DNA from: an uncultured Chloroflexia bacterium
GTDB taxonomy: Bacteria > Chloroflexota > Limnocylindria > Limnocylindrales > CSP1-4
NCBI GenBank assembly: GCA_963813335.1
Contig: CAWEYL010000001.1
Location: 1,088,001 to 1,152,000, forward strand
Length of the DNA: 64,000 nucleotides
Reading direction: 5' to 3'
The position numbers were made by a program, and so were the translations under genes. The notes beneath the pieces were generated by a model that saw only the letters and a list, made by a program, of their open reading frames with translations, did not search any database and was not told the origin of the DNA. Position 1 is the stretch's first letter. Each line of letters begins with the position of its first letter. Shown here one piece after another: positions 60,578 through 64,000 of this stretch.

Positions 60578-61605
60578 CCGGATGCTCCGGGCAGCCTCCC
60601 CGCACCAGCCAGCAGCTCGCCGAGCCGCCCGACCTCGACGTTCCCGCCGGACAGGAGCACGGCCACGCGCTCGCCGTCGCGGATCGGGATGCGCCCCGAC
60701 AGCACGGCGGCGATGGCGGCCGCGCCGGCGGGCTCCACCAGCTGCTTGCAGCGCTCCAGCACGAACCACATCCCGGCCAGGATCGTCGCGTCGTCGAGGA
60801 GCACCACGCCGTCGAGGTAGCGGCGCGCCATGGCGAGCGTGTATACCCCGGCGAACGGCGCGCCCAGGCCGTCCGCGACGGTCACCGGGCTGATCGGGAC
60901 GATCTCGTCGCGCTCGAGGGCCAGCGTGAGCGCGTTCGACCCCTCCGGCTCCACGCCATAGACGCGGGTCGATGGCCGGCGGCCCTTGACCGCCGCCGCG
61001 ACCCCGCTGATCAGGCCGCCGCCGCCGACACCCACGACCACGACATCGACGTCGGGCAGGTCGTCGACCAGCTCCAGCCCGGCCGTCCCATGACCGGCGA
61101 TGACGGCCGGGTCATCGAACGGGTGGCAGAAGACCAGTCCCTCCTCGTCGCGGATCCGCTCCGTCTCCAGCACGGCCTCGCCGACGTGCGTGCCGTGGAG
61201 GACGACCCGCGCTCCGTAGCCGATGCACGCGTCCACCTTGGAGCGGACCGCACCGAGCGGCATGACCACCGTGACCGGCACGCCCGCCGCGCGACCGGCC
61301 CACGCGAAGGCGGCGGAGGCATTCCCGGCCGAGTACGTGATCAACCCACGAGCGCGGTCGTCGGGCGACAGCCCGGCCATCTTGTTCGACATGCCGCGCG
61401 CCTTGAAGGAGCCCGTGGCCTGGAGGTTCTCGGCCTTCATGTACAACCGGTCGTCGGCCAGGCGGACGCCGAGCGCGGCCGTCGTCCAGGTCGCGGCCGT
61501 CGTCGAGTGCAGCATCGGGGTGCGCTGCACGAGGTGCTCGATCCGTGCCCGCGCGGCCTCGATCTCGGCGATCTTGACGTCCAGGTCCGCGGTCGGGCTC
61601 GACAT
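60574..61605 (-). CDS. PLP-dependent threonine/serine dehydratase family
   Basis: KAENLQATGSFKARG, SAGN, HPFDD, GVGGGGL, LSGGN. Confidence 0.92.
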   Translation of the reverse strand: MSSPTADLDVKIAEIEAARARIEHLVQRTPMLHSTTAATWTTAALGVRLADDRLYMKAENLQATGSFKARGMSNKMAGLSPDDRARGLITYSAGNASAAFAWAGRAAGVPVTVVMPLGAVRSKVDACIGYGARVVLHGTHVGEAVLETERIRDEEGLVFCHPFDDPAVIAGHGTAGLELVDDLPDVDVVVVGVGGGGLISGVAAAVKGRRPSTRVYGVEPEGSNALTLALERDEIVPISPVTVADGLGAPFAGVYTLAMARRYLDGVVLLDDATILAGMWFVLERCKQLVEPAGAAAIAAVLSGRIPIRDGERVAVLLSGGNVEVGRLGELLAGAGRLPGASG

Positions 61606-61647
61606 GCGCCGGAGTATGGCGCGCGGCCCGCAGATGGGATGCTCGAT

Positions 61648-61669
61648 TTGCGCTTGCGTGTTTGCGCAA
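61648..61669. promoter_or_regulatory. Inverted repeat upstream of ArsR, possible operator
   Basis: TTGCGC-N10-GCGCAA in the divergent promoter region. Confidence 0.4.
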
Positions 61670-61688
61670 GTAGGAATACTGTACGGGA

Positions 61689-62000
61689 GTGTTGGATTAC
61701 CTCCCCGTGTCCGCCGAGGTCGATCGCGACCGCTACGCGGCGATCGGTCGAGCCCTGGCGGACCCCAAGCGGCTGTGCGTCCTCGAGTCCCTCGCCATCG
61801 GCGAGCTCTCGGTCAGCGACCTCAGCAACCGGGTCGGGTGCCAGGTCCCCAACATGAGCCAGCACCTCGCGGTGCTGCGCAACGTGGGGCTGGTGACCAG
61901 CCGTCGGGACGGCAACACCATCCTCTACCGCCTCGCGGACCCCCGGGTCCTCGAAGCCTATCGACTCATCCAGGACATCGCCCGCACGTCGGGCACGTAG
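61689..62000 (+). CDS. ArsR/SmtB family regulator
   Basis: ALADPKRL, SQHLAVLR..GLV..RRDG..YRL. Confidence 0.9.
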   Translation: MLDYLPVSAEVDRDRYAAIGRALADPKRLCVLESLAIGELSVSDLSNRVGCQVPNMSQHLAVLRNVGLVTSRRDGNTILYRLADPRVLEAYRLIQDIARTSGT

Positions 62001-62055
62001 GGCCGGCTCGCCGGCACAGGCATCCCGTATCGGACGGGAGAAGGGATCGAATCAC

Positions 62056-62400
62056 ATGGCGGAGATCAAGGTCGCGACGGACGCGAATTTCGAGGAACTC
62101 GTCCTCAAGGCAGAGCGACCGGTCGTCGTCGACTTCTGGGCCGCCTGGTGCGGGCCCTGCAAGATGGTCGCACCGGAGATGGAGAAGCTCGCCGCGAAGT
62201 ACGACGGCGCCGTCGACGTCGTCAAGGTCGATGTCGACGCGAACCCGCGGCTCTCGCAGGCGTTCAACATCCTCAGCATCCCGACGATCGCGTTCTTCAA
62301 GCCCGGCGCGCAGCCGCAGGGCGTGGTGGGCTTCCGCCCGCTCGAGCAGCTCGAGCAGCAGTTCGGGCTGACGCAGTTCACGGCGGTCGAGGCCGACTGA
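62056..62400 (+). CDS. trxA: Thioredoxin
   Basis: VDFWAAWCGPCK, SIPT. Confidence 0.95.
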   Translation: MAEIKVATDANFEELVLKAERPVVVDFWAAWCGPCKMVAPEMEKLAAKYDGAVDVVKVDVDANPRLSQAFNILSIPTIAFFKPGAQPQGVVGFRPLEQLEQQFGLTQFTAVEAD

Positions 62401-62455
62401 CCTCGGCCCTAGGCCACGGGCCCTGCGAAGCCCGAACCCCGCTCCTCCTCTCGAG

Positions 62456-62486
62456 GACGACCCCGGTCCCACGGATCGGGGTCGTT
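62456..62486. terminator. Hairpin terminator between convergent genes
   Basis: GACGACCCCGGTCC-CAC-GGATCGGGGTCGTT. Confidence 0.7.
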
Positions 62487-62497
62487 CGATTCCCGGG

Positions 62498-62813
62498 TCA
62501 GTCCGCCGTCGCGTGCCGCACGGCGAAGCCGAGCCAGGCCACGGCGCGGTCGATCGCGTGGTCGTCGAGCTCGGCCGGCTCGAAGCGGACCCATTCGGGT
62601 CCGCGCGGCGAGGCGGTCGTGTCGGGCGTCCGGATCGCGGCCCCGGCGACGGCCTTCGACAAGCCGGAACTCGGCGGCGGCACCCGTCGCGGCCGACGAC
62701 GGCGACGGTCGTGCCGCCGGCGACGTAGGTCACGGCGCCGTCGGCGCCCGATCGTCGTCGACGACCTCGTCGACCCCTTCGGCCGACTCGGCCAGGGCAT
62801 CCCGCAGCGTCAC
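62498..62813 (-). CDS. Small hypothetical protein, several frameshifts
   Basis: GTG coupled to the upstream stop; fragments VTLRDALAES / VTYVAGG / AAIRTPDT..GPEWVRF..DRAVAW. Confidence 0.55.
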
Positions 62814-63293
62814 GTCGCCGCGGCGGCCAGGATCGCCCGCAGGTCGTCCATGTGCTCGTGGTAGTGGTCGATGGTCTGCGTGTCGAAGCTCTCCATGTGG
62901 ACCGGGTTCTTGATCCAGCGCGCCTCGGGGACGACCGTCAGGTAGCCGCGCAGCTCGCCGGGCTGGGTCCGGAACTGCTCGCGCAGGTCGGCCATCGACA
63001 GCGCCGCCCACTGCGCCTGGAGCTCCGCGTTCACGACCTCGCCACCGCGGGTGTCCCAGTCCACCTCGGCGCGATCGATGGCCGGGCTGGTCTCGTTGAC
63101 CGCCAGCTCCTTGGCGACCTCCAGCGAGAGGCCCTGCCACGCGAGCATGTGGCCCATCAGGTCGCGACCGGACCAGCCGTGGGCGGCCTCGACCGGCGGT
63201 CTCGAGCTGCTCGTCGGTCAGGGCCGCCAGCGCCTCGAACGGCGCCCAGGCCTCGTGCTCCTCCTCGAGGAACTCCATCGCATCGAGATACAT
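62810..63293 (-). CDS. DinB/ClbS-like four-helix-bundle protein; frameshift near 63197
   Basis: GWSGRDLMGHMLAW, DHYHEH. Confidence 0.7.
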
Positions 63294-63339
63294 GCCGGCA
63301 TGGTAGCCGCGCCGGACCGGGCTGCGACGTGGCGCCCCG

Positions 63340-64000
63340 TCAGACGGCGACCGGCTCCCGGTACTCCCCGAAGACCTCGCGCAGGACCGCGCACTGCTCG
63401 CCGAGCGTCGCGTAGGCCGCCGCGCAGCGGATGAAGTGGGGCATCAGGTTGGTCTCGCTGGAACCGGGCCGTCGCGCGGCCTCGCGCAGGCCGTCGAGCG
63501 CCGCGCCCACCGTCGCCGCGTCCCGCTCGCGGCGGGTCCGCTCGAGTCGGGCCATCTGCGCCTCGAAGGAGCCGGGCGGCACCGACAGCACGGGGACGCT
63601 GGTGACCTCGGTCTCGTCGACGTAGGCGTTCACCCCGACGATCCGCCGCTCGCCGGCATCGAACTCCTGCTGGAAGCGGTAGGCGGCGTCGGCGATCTCG
63701 CGCTGCGGGTAGCCCTCGGTGATGGCGGCGACCATGCCGCCGCGCCGGTCGATCTCGTCGATGTAGTGCCAGACGGCCGCCTCGGTCTCGTCGGTCAGCG
63801 CCTCCACGAACCACGAGCCGCCGAGCGGGTCGACCGTGGCGTCCACCCCGGTCTCCTCGGCGATGATCTGCTGCTGGCGCAGCGCGAGCAGCGCGGCCTC
63901 CGCGGTGGGGACCGCGAGCGCCTCGTCATGGGCGTCGGTGTGGAGCGACTGGGTCCCGCCGAGGACGGCGGCCAGCGCCTGGACCGCGACCCGGGTCAGG
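63340..64000 (-). CDS. Methylmalonyl-CoA mutase family large subunit, 3' part
   Basis: VLGGTQSLHT..DEAL, QQIIAEE, VDPLGGS, IVGVN, ATLGE..LREVFGEY. Confidence 0.92.
   Translation of the reverse strand, partial: LTRVAVQALAAVLGGTQSLHTDAHDEALAVPTAEAALLALRQQQIIAEETGVDATVDPLGGSWFVEALTDETEAAVWHYIDEIDRRGGMVAAITEGYPQREIADAAYRFQQEFDAGERRIVGVNAYVDETEVTSVPVLSVPPGSFEAQMARLERTRRERDAATVGAALDGLREAARRPGSSETNLMPHFIRCAAAYATLGEQCAVLREVFGEYREPVAV

Overview
Very GC-rich bacterial chromosome segment, mostly housekeeping genes. Gene content and style suggest a high-GC Chloroflexota/Actinomycetota-like organism (inference only). Many single-base indels break genes, including essential carAB, and are most likely assembly or read errors. 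In order: form-II-type coxSLM molybdo-flavoenzyme cluster with MoeA-like, SRPBCC, CoxD and CoxE genes; SulP; TPR-rhomboid; an orphan TadE-TadE-TadG cluster; SRAP; an ECF sigma/anti-sigma/secreted-repeat-protein trio; an M16 peptidase pair; CopC-like plus membrane protein; carAB behind a tandem PyrR-type leader; RidA, ZIP, methyltransferase; tRNA-Lys(CTT); TrkA-domain protein; a double zinc-ribbon/double-cyclase STAND-TPR protein; MMPL; secreted C5-epimerase-like protein; ALDH, thiolase, hbd; a solitary HTH-PD-(D/E)XK-like gene followed by a ~205-bp imperfect palindrome and a 26-bp tandem repeat; meaB and split acyl-CoA mutase; DrrAB with a MarR fusion; folE, AlkA, HDAC-family, ArsR-trxA. Best leads: (1) the HTH-nuclease/long-palindrome unit plus two gene-free long palindromes at other convergent junctions; (2) the asymmetric tandem cyclase; (3) the ECF module whose anti-sigma and secreted partner share the same TAEPTE repeat; (4) a pervasive leaderless-promoter signature.
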